A stretch of 64,000 nt of DNA from Candidatus Latescibacterota bacterium (GTDB taxonomy: Bacteria > Latescibacterota > UBA2968 > GCA-2709665). Under the pieces are notes generated by a model. That model saw only the letters and a list, made by a program, of their open reading frames with translations, made no database searches and was not told where the DNA came from. Location: positions 1,184,001 through 1,248,000 of the forward strand of contig OZ220733.1 in assembly GCA_965116875.1 (NCBI GenBank), given 5' to 3'. Both the position numbers and the translations under genes were made by a program. This document shows, in pieces, positions 50,701 to 60,996 of this stretch (position 1 is the stretch's first letter; the number at the start of each line of letters is the position of its first letter).

Positions 50701-51495
50701 ATGCTTATGGGGATCACTGACGAACAGTGGGCCCGGTTCGAAGACGAAGGGTTTCTTCGGCTTGGAAAGGTGATGAACGACGACGAACTGGCGGGCCTTC
50801 AGCAGCGCATCGACGACATCATGCTGGGCAGGGTGAAGGTCCACGATCAAATGTTCATGCAACTGGACAGCGAGTCCGGGGACTACGCGGAGAAGCGGAT
50901 CACCACGAGAGGTCACCGGATTTCGTCGTTGAACTATCGAAAGATCCAGGACCTGGAGTTCGACCCGCTGTTCCTTTCCTACGTGCAGAAACCCGTCTTC
51001 CGCGAGATCTGCGCGAGAGCGTACGGTCCGGACACCCCGATATCCTGCTATCGTGCCATGTTTATGAACAAGCCGGCCGGGAAGGGTACGAATCTTCCCT
51101 GGCATCAGGACCGGTTCAGCATCCTCGATAAGGATCCAATCGTGACCGTTTGGACGGCGCTCGACCGGGTGACGGTCGAGAACGGCTGCGTGGGAATTGT
51201 GCCGCGATCGCATCGTGCGACGTTTGATCAGGATGCGTCGGCCAGCTTCGCTTTCCTGACCGACGACCAGGCCGCCGTCGTTCTGGCACGGGAGAAGCAC
51301 GAATACCTGGAGATGGAGGCGGGGGAAGCGGCCATGCTGCACAACTGGCTGCTCCACGGCTCCGGCGTGAATCAGACCGACGCTTCCCGGCGCGGATTCA
51401 GCGTCTGCTACATGGACGCCGCCACCCAATCCGAGACGGGAGCGAACTTCCAGGTCATTTTCGGTGAGGGGGCCCTGACTCCCGGGGCGCTGTAA
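50701..51495 (+). CDS. Phytanoyl-CoA dioxygenase (PhyH) family Fe/2OG dioxygenase
   Basis: Motifs WHQD, ENGC, PRSH, HGS. Confidence 0.9.
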   Translation: MLMGITDEQWARFEDEGFLRLGKVMNDDELAGLQQRIDDIMLGRVKVHDQMFMQLDSESGDYAEKRITTRGHRISSLNYRKIQDLEFDPLFLSYVQKPVFREICARAYGPDTPISCYRAMFMNKPAGKGTNLPWHQDRFSILDKDPIVTVWTALDRVTVENGCVGIVPRSHRATFDQDASASFAFLTDDQAAVVLAREKHEYLEMEAGEAAMLHNWLLHGSGVNQTDASRRGFSVCYMDAATQSETGANFQVIFGEGALTPGAL

Positions 51496-51531
51496 ACGAC
51501 AACGCCGATTCTTCCATACAGGGATTCACCC

Positions 51532-53547
51532 TTGGAAACCGTAGTCGCGAGAGCCCCGAACCCCCCCGATCCAGCGCCTGGCAATGAGACTGACGCGCGC
51601 GACGGCCTCACCCCGCGCGCGTTCGTTATCGGCCTCGTCCTGTGCGTCCTCATGTGCGTGGGCCTCACCTACAACCGCATGATCACCCAGGGCTCCTTCA
51701 TTGGCGGCGGGTACTACATGGACCGGGGCGCGCTCATTGTCCTGTTCCTCCTTGTCGTGGCCGTCAATCCGCTGCTGGGGGTGATCAGGAGCTGTTTCGC
51801 CCTGACGCGCGGCGAATTGCTCGCCATCTACACCATGTTTCTCATCCTCCTGCCCGCGTGGGTGATGACCAAGCCGGTGATCCTCTACACAACCGGCGTT
51901 ACGTACCACGCGACGCCGGAGTTGCGCCACATCGAGGTTGTTCCGCCCCACATGCTGCCATGGCTGGTTCCTCAGGGGGAAGGAGTCGTCAGGGACCTCT
52001 ACGAAGGCCTGCCGAAAGGGGGTTCGATCCCGTGGCTTGGATGGGTCCTGCCGCTGTGGAGTTGGGGGTCGTTCCTCATCGTACTCTTCATTGTACTCAT
52101 TTGCCTGGGCGTGCTGATGCGCAGGCAATGGGAGGAACACGAGCGGTTCGCGTTCCCCCTCATGCAGGTGCCGCTCGCGATGCTGGAGCCCGGAAAGGGC
52201 CGGATCGCGCCCGTGTTCCGCAGCCGTCTGCTGGGGGCGGGGTTCGCGGTCCCGTCTCTGGTCGGCACCCTCAGGGGGCTCCGGTACTACTTTCCGTACA
52301 TTCCCGTTATCAACCTGGGGACACACGTTCGCATCTTCCGCCGGACGATGGTGCTGCCTTTCAAGGTCCATTTCCTTGTACTCGCATATTCCTATTTCAT
52401 CAATCTGGACGTGAGTCTCAGCCTGTGGGTCATCAACCTGGTTACAAAGGTGATTCGCGGCGCGCTGGCGATGGTTGGCGCGGGCCAGACCTGGGGGGTG
52501 TCCGGGGTCGTGGGACGTTACAGTTCCCAGGGATCCGAGTTTCTGGCATTGATGGGGATGGGGTATATCCTCGCGCTGGCCGCGTACAGCCTCTACGTTG
52601 CCAGGGGTCACCTCCGGCAGGTATGGGAACAGGTCCGCGGCCGTGCGTCGCACCTGCGGGACTCGGACGAAATCGTGTCCTACCGGTCGGCCATGCTGGG
52701 CATTGTGCTGGGCCTGAGTTACCTTGGTCTGTGGCTCTACCAGGCCGGAATCTCGCCGCCGCTGGTTCTGTTTCTTCTTGTTTCCAGTCTCATTGTCTTC
52801 TTTGTGATGGCGCGGATTGTGAGTGAAACGGGATTTGTCGCGACCTATTCCCCTCTCAATCCGTCCGAATTCGTGGTGTGCGCGGTGGGCTCCCCGGCGT
52901 TCGGTCCGGCGGGTCTCGCCACGCTGGGAATGAGCTACGTGTGGACGATGACGCGGAGGAATACGCTGATGCCGCACGCCATGGGGGCGCTTCGGCTGGC
53001 GCGCGAAATCGGAAGGAAGCGCGGCCTGGTCTGGGCAATGGTCGCGGCGTTGACCCTTGGCCTGGTCGCGACGGGCTACACGACGTTGAATCTGGGGTAT
53101 ACGCACGGCGGCGTGAACATCGACTATCCCTGGTTCAGCAACGTGAACGACGCGGCCTCTCCATTTGACGAATTCATCGGACGCCGGCTGCTGGAGCCCA
53201 GCCCGGTCTTCACGATGGGTTTCCTTTATACGGCCATGGGCACAGCGACTGCCGCTTTGCTGATCCTGCTCAGGATGCGTCTGCCGTGGTGGCCGTTTCA
53301 TCCCGCCGCGCTCCCGCTCAGTACGGTGTGGTACATGGACTGGTTCGGATTCAGCGTGTTCCTGGCATGGGGGATCAAGGCGATCATCCTGAGGGTGGGC
53401 GGGGCGGACCTCTACAGGAAGGCGCGTCCGTTCTTCATCGGAATGATCCTGGGCGAGGTCATGTGCTCGGGAGGCTGGTCGGTGGTAAGCGCCTTTACGG
53501 GACGGCTGAAAACCTGGCCGTTCATGGGCTATTGGAGTTCATCGTGA
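51532..53547 (+). CDS. Polytopic membrane protein, DUF6785/DUF6784 (OPT-like) family (paralog 1)
   Basis: Many hydrophobic segments; motifs GLTxRAF, RRQWEEHERFAFP, ARIVSETG, WWPFHP, PFFIG. Confidence 0.75.
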   Translation: METVVARAPNPPDPAPGNETDARDGLTPRAFVIGLVLCVLMCVGLTYNRMITQGSFIGGGYYMDRGALIVLFLLVVAVNPLLGVIRSCFALTRGELLAIYTMFLILLPAWVMTKPVILYTTGVTYHATPELRHIEVVPPHMLPWLVPQGEGVVRDLYEGLPKGGSIPWLGWVLPLWSWGSFLIVLFIVLICLGVLMRRQWEEHERFAFPLMQVPLAMLEPGKGRIAPVFRSRLLGAGFAVPSLVGTLRGLRYYFPYIPVINLGTHVRIFRRTMVLPFKVHFLVLAYSYFINLDVSLSLWVINLVTKVIRGALAMVGAGQTWGVSGVVGRYSSQGSEFLALMGMGYILALAAYSLYVARGHLRQVWEQVRGRASHLRDSDEIVSYRSAMLGIVLGLSYLGLWLYQAGISPPLVLFLLVSSLIVFFVMARIVSETGFVATYSPLNPSEFVVCAVGSPAFGPAGLATLGMSYVWTMTRRNTLMPHAMGALRLAREIGRKRGLVWAMVAALTLGLVATGYTTLNLGYTHGGVNIDYPWFSNVNDAASPFDEFIGRRLLEPSPVFTMGFLYTAMGTATAALLILLRMRLPWWPFHPAALPLSTVWYMDWFGFSVFLAWGIKAIILRVGGADLYRKARPFFIGMILGEVMCSGGWSVVSAFTGRLKTWPFMGYWSSS

Positions 53548-53605
53548 ATCGCGCATCCGGCGTGCGCAAGCAAGCCGGCGCCGCGGATTGCCGAATCTTC
53601 GCCAT

Positions 53606-53808
53606 GAATTAACCTCAATTCCGTAAAAGCCGCAACGCAGCCCCGCGACGAAACCCTTCAAAACGGACCGAAATGGTCGTCATGAAGGACATTTTTTCCG
53701 TTCACGTACAGTGTCCTGGTGTATCCTGTTAATCAGCAGTTGAATCGCCTTTATTAACTCGCACATATTCGAATTAACCTCACCGAAAAATGACGAATCA
53801 AGGTTAAA
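53606..53808. repeat. 203-bp intergenic repeat, copy 1 (MITE-like)
   Basis: Colinear without gaps with 62565-62767 (52 mismatches in 203 by hand count); imperfect TIR TTAACCTCAATTC / GAATCAAGGTTAA. Confidence 0.85.
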
Positions 53809-53823
53809 CAGAGGGAGAACCCG

Positions 53824-55845
53824 ATGTCGAAACCGGACCGGAAACTTCGCCGCGCGGCGCTGTTGCTTTTTCCTGACGTCGTACTGAACGAGGCGACACT
53901 CGACCGGATTGTCCGGGAAGGCTTCTCCGACGTGGGCGCGGGCGTCGTCGTAACGCCGGCGATCAAACTCCAGGGCTTCTCGCTGGAACAGTCCGAGAAA
54001 CTTGCAGGGATGTGCGAGGATCGGGGCCTGGGATTCATCGCCTTCACCGGGTATATAAAGTATCAGGAACATCTGGTGGAGGCAGAACCCCACCGGCTGA
54101 TGCGCATGGCCGGCGATGGCGGCGTGCTGGATCTCGACGGACTCCCGGTACGGTGGTTGTGTCCTTTTCGCCCCGAAAACAAAGCCCACTACCTGTCCCT
54201 TCTGATGGAAATATGCCAGTGGGGGGCCACACGTGAAATCCACCTGAATGACGAGGCGTGTCTCGGGTTCGGAGACGGAACAATTGGCTGTTACTGCGGT
54301 TTCTGCGAGGCTGAATTCCGAAAACGGACCGGCGTCAAGCCGCCCCGGCTTGCGGATTGGGATGACCCTTTGTGGTATACATGGCTGGAAAGCCGCTTCG
54401 AAAACTGGGAGGCGGTGCACTCGGAATTTCGAAGCGCCATCAAAGACGTCCGCCCGGACGTGGCTGTGGGCATCCAGCACAGTCCCGCCATCCCCGAGCG
54501 GAACTACAATTCCTGGCAGACCGCCATCCGCCTTGCCCGCGACGCGCGTTCACAGGACGTTATCGCCACCGACCCGTATCATTTCAATCACGACGATCTC
54601 ATCCTGCACCGTCCCCACCGCAGGATCCTTTCGGAGACGACCAGAAGCCTGATGGGCGCGTGTATGGACCGGCAGGTGGATATCTATCCGCAGGGCTTCA
54701 TGCCGCCGGAGCAGGCCGTTCCGATGGGCCGGCAGGACGGCCTGCTGGCCGGCGTGGTGCCGTTTGCGCTCGGCGCGGACCTGGTGATGCCATTCACGTA
54801 CGAGCAGATGAAGATCATCCCCGGATATTTCGAGGCCTTCGACGAGAGCCGGCGACTCCTGCCGGTGTTCGCGACGCACCGACCCTACAGCTTCGCCACG
54901 ATGATCATGCCCCAGCAATCCGAGATTACCGGCCATTACGAGTCCAACTGGGGACATGGCGGGTTGATCCGGATGGTCGATATGGTCTACCGTACCGGCC
55001 TGCCATGGCGCTGGTTCTGGGACGAGCGTCTGGACGACGCCAGCGATCAGCTCAACGGCCCGGTCATCCTCCCCGAGGTGCATTGCCTTACGCAGTCCCA
55101 GCTCGATTGCGTCAACGCGGTTGCGGAACGCGGAGAGGGGCTCCTGTGGATCGGCAACCGGCCGGCGGTTCCCTGGGCAGGGAAAGGCGCTTGCAAGCTG
55201 CCGTGGGAGATTGAGTCGGGCGCCTATGAAGTCGACTTCTTGCACAACCATCCGCTCACAGAGGGCCTGGAACATCCCGTAATCCTTTCGACGCGGGTGC
55301 AAGGCGGGTATCCGGACGGGCAGGTGCTGGGGACCGTGGATGGCCGTCCGGCCCTGGTCCTGGTTGAGGAGGGATCCCGGCGGGAGGCCTGGCTGGCGGG
55401 CATGCCTGCCGTGAAATATACCGGCAATGTTCCCGGAATGTCCTTTCTGGAGGAGACGTCCAACGTGGTGTTGCTGAGGCGACTGATCCACTGGGCAGCC
55501 GGCCGGAAACCCCTGGCGCGTTTGACACCCTTTCCGCCCGTTGACGATTACAGGACGTTGCGGCCGACCGACCGGAGGGCCGTGCCCACCATCGAGTTGC
55601 TCCCGATGGTCAAAGACGGCGACTCACTGCTGGCCATCGTGTTTCCATACACGCCGGTAAGGAGCCGGACAACGCTGGAGATCGTCCTTCCCCAGGGAAA
55701 AAGCGCGCAAGACATTGTCGAGATCTGGTCCGGTGAGAACTGGAATGACCGCGTGAAATCGACGAGCGACGGAACCATGCGAATACCGCTCGACATTCCG
55801 GGCGACTGCGACTTCCTGGCGATTCACGTACGGTTCGAACGTTGA
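53824..55845 (+). CDS. GH42-like TIM barrel protein (paralog 3)
   Basis: Motifs WLCPF.PENKA.YL, EIHLNDEA, GCYCGFC, TDPYH, shared with 296-2311. Confidence 0.6.
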   Translation: MSKPDRKLRRAALLLFPDVVLNEATLDRIVREGFSDVGAGVVVTPAIKLQGFSLEQSEKLAGMCEDRGLGFIAFTGYIKYQEHLVEAEPHRLMRMAGDGGVLDLDGLPVRWLCPFRPENKAHYLSLLMEICQWGATREIHLNDEACLGFGDGTIGCYCGFCEAEFRKRTGVKPPRLADWDDPLWYTWLESRFENWEAVHSEFRSAIKDVRPDVAVGIQHSPAIPERNYNSWQTAIRLARDARSQDVIATDPYHFNHDDLILHRPHRRILSETTRSLMGACMDRQVDIYPQGFMPPEQAVPMGRQDGLLAGVVPFALGADLVMPFTYEQMKIIPGYFEAFDESRRLLPVFATHRPYSFATMIMPQQSEITGHYESNWGHGGLIRMVDMVYRTGLPWRWFWDERLDDASDQLNGPVILPEVHCLTQSQLDCVNAVAERGEGLLWIGNRPAVPWAGKGACKLPWEIESGAYEVDFLHNHPLTEGLEHPVILSTRVQGGYPDGQVLGTVDGRPALVLVEEGSRREAWLAGMPAVKYTGNVPGMSFLEETSNVVLLRRLIHWAAGRKPLARLTPFPPVDDYRTLRPTDRRAVPTIELLPMVKDGDSLLAIVFPYTPVRSRTTLEIVLPQGKSAQDIVEIWSGENWNDRVKSTSDGTMRIPLDIPGDCDFLAIHVRFER

Positions 55846-57860
55846 ACGCTTCCACTCTACCATCGGGAGATGCGAAACGAATGACACGGCCGGCCGGAAC
55901 CGTCATTTTGGAAAGCCGGAAACCGGATGTGAAGTCCGGAGACGGTCTCTCGCTCAGGGCGTTCCTGATCGGCCTCGGACTGTGCGCGCTTCTTGGTGTC
56001 TGGCTGACGTACAACAGAATGGTGGTCCAGGGCCCCTTTATGGGCTGGTACTTTCTGGACCGGGGCGTGCTGTTCGTCTTTTTCTGTCTGGCCGTACTGC
56101 TCAACCCGCTGCTCGGCCTGCTGAAACGCCGCTATGCCCTGGGCCGCGGCGAGCTGCTGGCCATCTATGCGATGCTGCTGCTCCTGATGCCGGCGTGGGC
56201 GATGACCAGGGCATTGCTCGGGTTCATGACCGGCGTAACCTACTACGCGTCTCCGGAGATGCGGCACCTGGAGGCCGTCCTTCCCTATTCGCTGCCGTGG
56301 CTTGCGGTTCTGGACGTCGAGCCGGTCAGGTGGCTGTATGAAGGCTTGCCGAAGGGAGGCTCCGTCCCCTGGTGGGCCTGGGTGGTTCCCCTGTGGAGCT
56401 GGGGGTCGTTCCTGGTCGCGCTGTTTTTGGTTCTGGGCTGCCTGTCGGTGGTCCTCAGAAAACAATGGGAAGAACACGAGCGTTTCGCCTTCCCCATCAT
56501 GCAGGTTCCCCTCGCGATGGGCGAACGCGGCGACGGTTGGATCGGACCGCTGTTCCGAGGCCGGATGATGTGGTCGGGGTTTGCGATTCCGTTCGCCATC
56601 GGCTCGATGAACGCGCTGAACAGCTATTTCCACAACCTCCCCCGGGTGAGCCTGCGCACGGTGATCTGGATCTTCCGGCGCGCGATCCCAATGTCAATCA
56701 GGCTCAACTTCGCCCTGCTGGGCTATGCCTATTTCGTGAACCTGGACGTGAGCCTCAGCATCTGGCTCCTGAACGTAATCGCCAAGTGCATAAACGGCGT
56801 GTTTGCAATGCTGGGCGCGGAGCGATACGGGGTATCCGGGATGGTGGGACGGCACAGCTCCCAGGGGTCGGAATTCCTGGCGTTCATGGGCATGGGGTAT
56901 ATGCTGGCGCTGGCCGGGTACAGCCTCTGGATTGCCCGGAGCCATTTGAAAGCCGTCTGGGCGAAGGCGCTGGGGCGGCCGTCACGTCTGGTCGATTCGG
57001 AGGAAGTGCTTCCCTATCGGACGGCGGTGGCATGCATCTTGTTGGGCACGCTGTATCTGGGATGCTGGCTTTACCAGGCTGGACTGCCGCCGCATGTCAT
57101 CGCACTCCTGTTTATCGCATGCTTTGTCGTCTTTCTCGTCCTGGCCAGAATCGTCAGCGAAACCGGATATGCCGCAACCTACTCGCCATTGAACCCGTCG
57201 GAGTTCGTCGTATGCGCGGTCGGCTCTTCCGCGTTCGGTCCCACGGGCCTGGTAACCGCGGGCGCAGGTTACGTTTGGTCGATGACGCGGCTGAACACGC
57301 TGATGCCCCGCGCTTCGGCGGCGCTCAGGCTGGCGCGGGAAATGGGACGGACGCGGGGACTGATCTGGGCGATGGGCGCCGCCCTGGCCGTGGGGCTGGT
57401 TGTCGCCAGCCATACGACGCTGGATCTCGGCTACACGCATGGGGGCCGGAACCTCGACTACTGGTTTCGAGACGTGAATGACGCCGCGTTGCCGTTCGAC
57501 GAATACGTGGGCCGCAGGCTGCTGGATCCCAGCCCTGTCTTCTACACGGGATTCCTGTATACCGGACTGGGACTGGCTCTTGCCGCGCTGTTCATGGTTC
57601 TGCGAACCCGCCTGTCATGGTGGCCCATTCACCCGATCGCCCTGCCCGTAAGTACGATATGGATGACAGAACACTATTATTTCAGTATCTTTCTGGCGTG
57701 GGGGATCAAGGCGCTGGTGATGAAGTTCGGCGGGGCGACCCTCTATCGCAAGACCAGGCCGTTCTTTGTCGGTATCATCCTGGGGGAGGCGGTCTGCCTG
57801 GGCGCGTGGAGCCTCATCGACTTTGCCACCGGAAAGGTCGGCAATATGTCCCTGCTCTAA
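55842..57860 (+). CDS. DUF6785/DUF6784 (OPT-like) membrane protein (paralog 2)
   Basis: Same motifs as 51532-53547; the true start may be ATG 55881. Confidence 0.75.
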   Translation: MNASTLPSGDAKRMTRPAGTVILESRKPDVKSGDGLSLRAFLIGLGLCALLGVWLTYNRMVVQGPFMGWYFLDRGVLFVFFCLAVLLNPLLGLLKRRYALGRGELLAIYAMLLLLMPAWAMTRALLGFMTGVTYYASPEMRHLEAVLPYSLPWLAVLDVEPVRWLYEGLPKGGSVPWWAWVVPLWSWGSFLVALFLVLGCLSVVLRKQWEEHERFAFPIMQVPLAMGERGDGWIGPLFRGRMMWSGFAIPFAIGSMNALNSYFHNLPRVSLRTVIWIFRRAIPMSIRLNFALLGYAYFVNLDVSLSIWLLNVIAKCINGVFAMLGAERYGVSGMVGRHSSQGSEFLAFMGMGYMLALAGYSLWIARSHLKAVWAKALGRPSRLVDSEEVLPYRTAVACILLGTLYLGCWLYQAGLPPHVIALLFIACFVVFLVLARIVSETGYAATYSPLNPSEFVVCAVGSSAFGPTGLVTAGAGYVWSMTRLNTLMPRASAALRLAREMGRTRGLIWAMGAALAVGLVVASHTTLDLGYTHGGRNLDYWFRDVNDAALPFDEYVGRRLLDPSPVFYTGFLYTGLGLALAALFMVLRTRLSWWPIHPIALPVSTIWMTEHYYFSIFLAWGIKALVMKFGGATLYRKTRPFFVGIILGEAVCLGAWSLIDFATGKVGNMSLL

Positions 57861-57930
57861 CGGCCCGTTGAAAAAGCCCGTCCGGGCTACGGCCGGCCCT
57901 TGCCTGCAGAGCGACTTTACCAACGGACTG
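57861..57930. mobile_element. 70-bp MITE with IS5-like ends and CTAA direct repeats
   Basis: CTAA|CGGCCCGTTGAAAAAGCC ... GACTTTACCAACGGACTG|CTAA; terminal inverted repeat matches at 13 of 18 positions. Confidence 0.6.
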
Positions 57931-57991
57931 CTAACGATTCGAATATCCAACGACGATCCGTTGACCACTTCTTTTACAAGGAGTCATTGGC

Positions 57992-58894
57992 ATGCTTACC
58001 CGGGGGCAGATTGAATTCTATCATACCAACGGCTATCTGGGTGTGGAGGACGTTCTCTCCCGCGAGGAAGTCGCGGAACTTCGCCGGGTCACCGATGCGT
58101 TCGTCGAAGCGTCGAGACAGGTCACCAGCACCGACACGGTATTCGACCTGGAACCGGGCCATACGCCGGAAAACCCGCAACTGCGTCGTCTCATAAGCCC
58201 GTCCAGCAGCCACGACGCGTACGCCCGCGGCCTGCGCCACGAAAAGATCCTGGACATCACCTCGCAGCTCATCGGTCCCGGTATACGGACGAACGGGGAC
58301 AAGCTCAACATGAAATCCGCGGAGGTGGGCAGCCCGGTGGAATGGCACCAGGACTGGGCGTTCTACCCCCATACCAACGACGACCTCCTCGCCGTTGGCG
58401 TCGCCATTGACGATATGACCGTGGAGAACGGCTGCCTGCTCGTGGTTCCGGGGTCTCACAAGGGGCGCATCCACGACCACCACCTCAACGGCCGATTCGC
58501 CGGCGCCGTTACCGAACCGGATTTTACCGGCGAGGGCGCCGTGCCGATCGAAATCCAGGCCGGCGGTATCTCCATCCACCACGTCCGGACGCTGCACGCA
58601 TCCGCCCCGAATACCTCCGGGAAACCCAGGCGCCTCCTGCTCTACATGTATTGCGCGGTAGATGCCTTTCCGCTGGTTCAACCCATCAATACCTGGGAAG
58701 AATTCAACGGAAAGATCCTCCGTGGGGAACCCACCCGCGAACCGCGCATGGTCGACGCACCGGTCCGGCTCCCGCTTCCCCCGGCGGAGCGCAGTGGATC
58801 CATATATGAAATCCAGACCATTCTCGAAGAGAGCAAGGTAACTCCCGATGACGTGGATGCCCGGAGTAAAACCGCCGCTGTACCTTCGAGATAA
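57992..58894 (+). CDS. PhyH family Fe/2OG dioxygenase
   Basis: Motifs WHQDW, ENGCL, PGSH, HASAPN. Confidence 0.9.
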   Translation: MLTRGQIEFYHTNGYLGVEDVLSREEVAELRRVTDAFVEASRQVTSTDTVFDLEPGHTPENPQLRRLISPSSSHDAYARGLRHEKILDITSQLIGPGIRTNGDKLNMKSAEVGSPVEWHQDWAFYPHTNDDLLAVGVAIDDMTVENGCLLVVPGSHKGRIHDHHLNGRFAGAVTEPDFTGEGAVPIEIQAGGISIHHVRTLHASAPNTSGKPRRLLLYMYCAVDAFPLVQPINTWEEFNGKILRGEPTREPRMVDAPVRLPLPPAERSGSIYEIQTILEESKVTPDDVDARSKTAAVPSR

Positions 58895-58972
58895 GACAAG
58901 AAAACAGGAACGGTACGATCCTGCGTCGATGGTCGAATTCCAGGATGTGCGGCACAAAGGAGGACGTGACGG

Positions 58973-60952
58973 ATGGCCGACGTCCCGGCGGAAAGCCATC
59001 GAGATCGGACACCTGGCGAACGCAGCGGGGTGTGTGAGGAGGTACGGGACGGACTGACGGGCAGGGCCTTCCTGATCGGGCTCGCCCTGTGCCTCTTTCT
59101 GGCAGTTGTCATCCCCTATAACCGGATGGTGATCCAGGGCACCTCTCTCCACTACTATTTTGTGGACCGGGGTATCCTGTTCGTTTTTCTCCTGCTGATT
59201 CTTATTTGTAACGTCGCCCTGAAACCGGCGCACCGCCTGAAACGTGGAGAGCTTCTTTGCATCTTTTCAATGCTTCTGGTGTCGATGCCGGCACTGTGGA
59301 TGGTCAAGTGGCTGATCGCCTTCCTCACCGGCGCAACGTACTACGCTTCTCCGGAGCGCCCTGATCTCGAGGCGGTGCTGCCGCATATTCTGCCGTGGAC
59401 GGCCCCCCGGAACGCCGAGGCGGTTCGGGGGTTCTACGAGGGGCTTCCGCAGAGCGCCCCCCTGCCCTGGCTGGCCTGGCTGGCACCCCTGGCGAGTTGG
59501 GGGTCGTTTTTTTTGGTGCTGTTCGGCGTGTTGTTGTGCATCGCCGTGATATTCCGCAGGCAGTGGTCTGAGCACGAGCGGTTCGCGTTTCCAATTCTCC
59601 AGGTGCCGCTGGAAATGACGGAAACGGACGGCAGGCGCCTGGGCCCTCTGTTCAGGAGCCGGCTGATGTGGGCCGGATTTGCGGTTCCGCTTCTGATCGG
59701 TACGATCAATGGCCTGAATCACTACTTCCACACACTGCCCCGGGTCCAGATGGGAACAATGCTCTGGGTATTTCAGGGCACGACTCCATTGCCCCTGAGG
59801 ATGCACTTTGCTATTCTCGGGTATTCCTATTTTGTGAACCTGGACGTGAGCTTGAGCATCTGGGTGTTCAACGTCGTCTCCAAGGTCATCCGGGGCACGC
59901 TGGCGGTCTTCGGCGCGGAGTATACGGATGTCTCGGGGATGGTGGGCCGGTTCAGTTCAAGGGGATCGTCGTTCCTCGCGCTGACCGGAATGGGATATAT
60001 GCTGGTTCTGGCCGCCTATAGCGCATGGACCGCTCGCGGCCACCTGCGCGGGGTCTTCGCCAGGGCGTTCGGGACGTCGTCGGCCGCCGATGATTCCGGT
60101 GAAGTCATGTCCTACCGTGCGGCGGTCTTCGGAACCTTCGGGGGCATGGTATACCTCGGCTGCTGGCTGCATCAGGCGGGCATGTCTTTTGCTCTGATCC
60201 TGTTTCTGTTCTTCTCATCCATCGTGGTGTTTTTTGTTCTGGCCCGGATCGTGAGCGAGACGGGGTTCGTGGCAACGTATTCGCCCATCAACCCCGCTGA
60301 GTTCGTGGTCTGCGCGACGGGTTCGTCGGCCTTCGGCCCAACCGCGCTGGTGACGCTGGGCTTCGGCTACGCCTGGACAATGACCCGTGTCAGCAACGTC
60401 ATGCCCCGCGCGTTGGGGGCCCTATGGCTGTCGAGAGGCATGAGGCGTAAGCGCGGCCTGATCTGGGCGATGGGCGTTGCGATGGCGGTGGGGCTGGTAA
60501 CCGCAAGTGCGATGACGCTGGACCTGGGCTATTCGCGCGGGGGGCTGAACCTGGACCGGCACTTCCGCGATTATTCGCGCATCCCGTTCGATGCCTTCGT
60601 GGGGACCCGCATGCTGGAGCCGAGCCCCGTTTTCACCAGGGGTATGTTTTATACAGGACTCGGGATGGGTATTGCAGGTCTGTTGACCCTGCTGAGGATG
60701 CGTTTCAGATGGTGGCCTCTGCACCCGGTAGCTCTTCCGTTGAGTACGATCTGGTACACCGATACCTATTTTTTCAGTGTATTCCTGGCCTGGGGGATGA
60801 AAGCGACCGTGTTGAGATTCGGAGGAGCGAGGCTGTACCGGAGGACCCGGCCGTTCTTCATGGGGATGATACTGGGAGAGGCCACGGGCGCCGGCGTGTG
60901 GTGCATCGTGGACTACTTTACGGGAACGATCGGTAACAGAATCCTCTTATAA
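58973..60952 (+). CDS. DUF6785/DUF6784 (OPT-like) membrane protein (paralog 3)
   Basis: Same motifs as the other two paralogs. Confidence 0.75.
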   Translation: MADVPAESHRDRTPGERSGVCEEVRDGLTGRAFLIGLALCLFLAVVIPYNRMVIQGTSLHYYFVDRGILFVFLLLILICNVALKPAHRLKRGELLCIFSMLLVSMPALWMVKWLIAFLTGATYYASPERPDLEAVLPHILPWTAPRNAEAVRGFYEGLPQSAPLPWLAWLAPLASWGSFFLVLFGVLLCIAVIFRRQWSEHERFAFPILQVPLEMTETDGRRLGPLFRSRLMWAGFAVPLLIGTINGLNHYFHTLPRVQMGTMLWVFQGTTPLPLRMHFAILGYSYFVNLDVSLSIWVFNVVSKVIRGTLAVFGAEYTDVSGMVGRFSSRGSSFLALTGMGYMLVLAAYSAWTARGHLRGVFARAFGTSSAADDSGEVMSYRAAVFGTFGGMVYLGCWLHQAGMSFALILFLFFSSIVVFFVLARIVSETGFVATYSPINPAEFVVCATGSSAFGPTALVTLGFGYAWTMTRVSNVMPRALGALWLSRGMRRKRGLIWAMGVAMAVGLVTASAMTLDLGYSRGGLNLDRHFRDYSRIPFDAFVGTRMLEPSPVFTRGMFYTGLGMGIAGLLTLLRMRFRWWPLHPVALPLSTIWYTDTYFFSVFLAWGMKATVLRFGGARLYRRTRPFFMGMILGEATGAGVWCIVDYFTGTIGNRILL

Positions 60953-60996
60953 GAAGAGGAATTTTCGGGACAGGACACTAAGCGCCAATCGACGAA

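Noticed and set aside
51526-53301. 591-aa minus-strand ORF
   Set aside because: Antisense shadow of the hydrophobic membrane-protein gene.
53680-53830. Similar minus-strand peptides (FNxDSSFFGxVNS...KKCPS) in both 203-bp repeats as a small protein
   Set aside because: Starts and stops differ between the copies; the similarity is explained by the DNA repeat itself.
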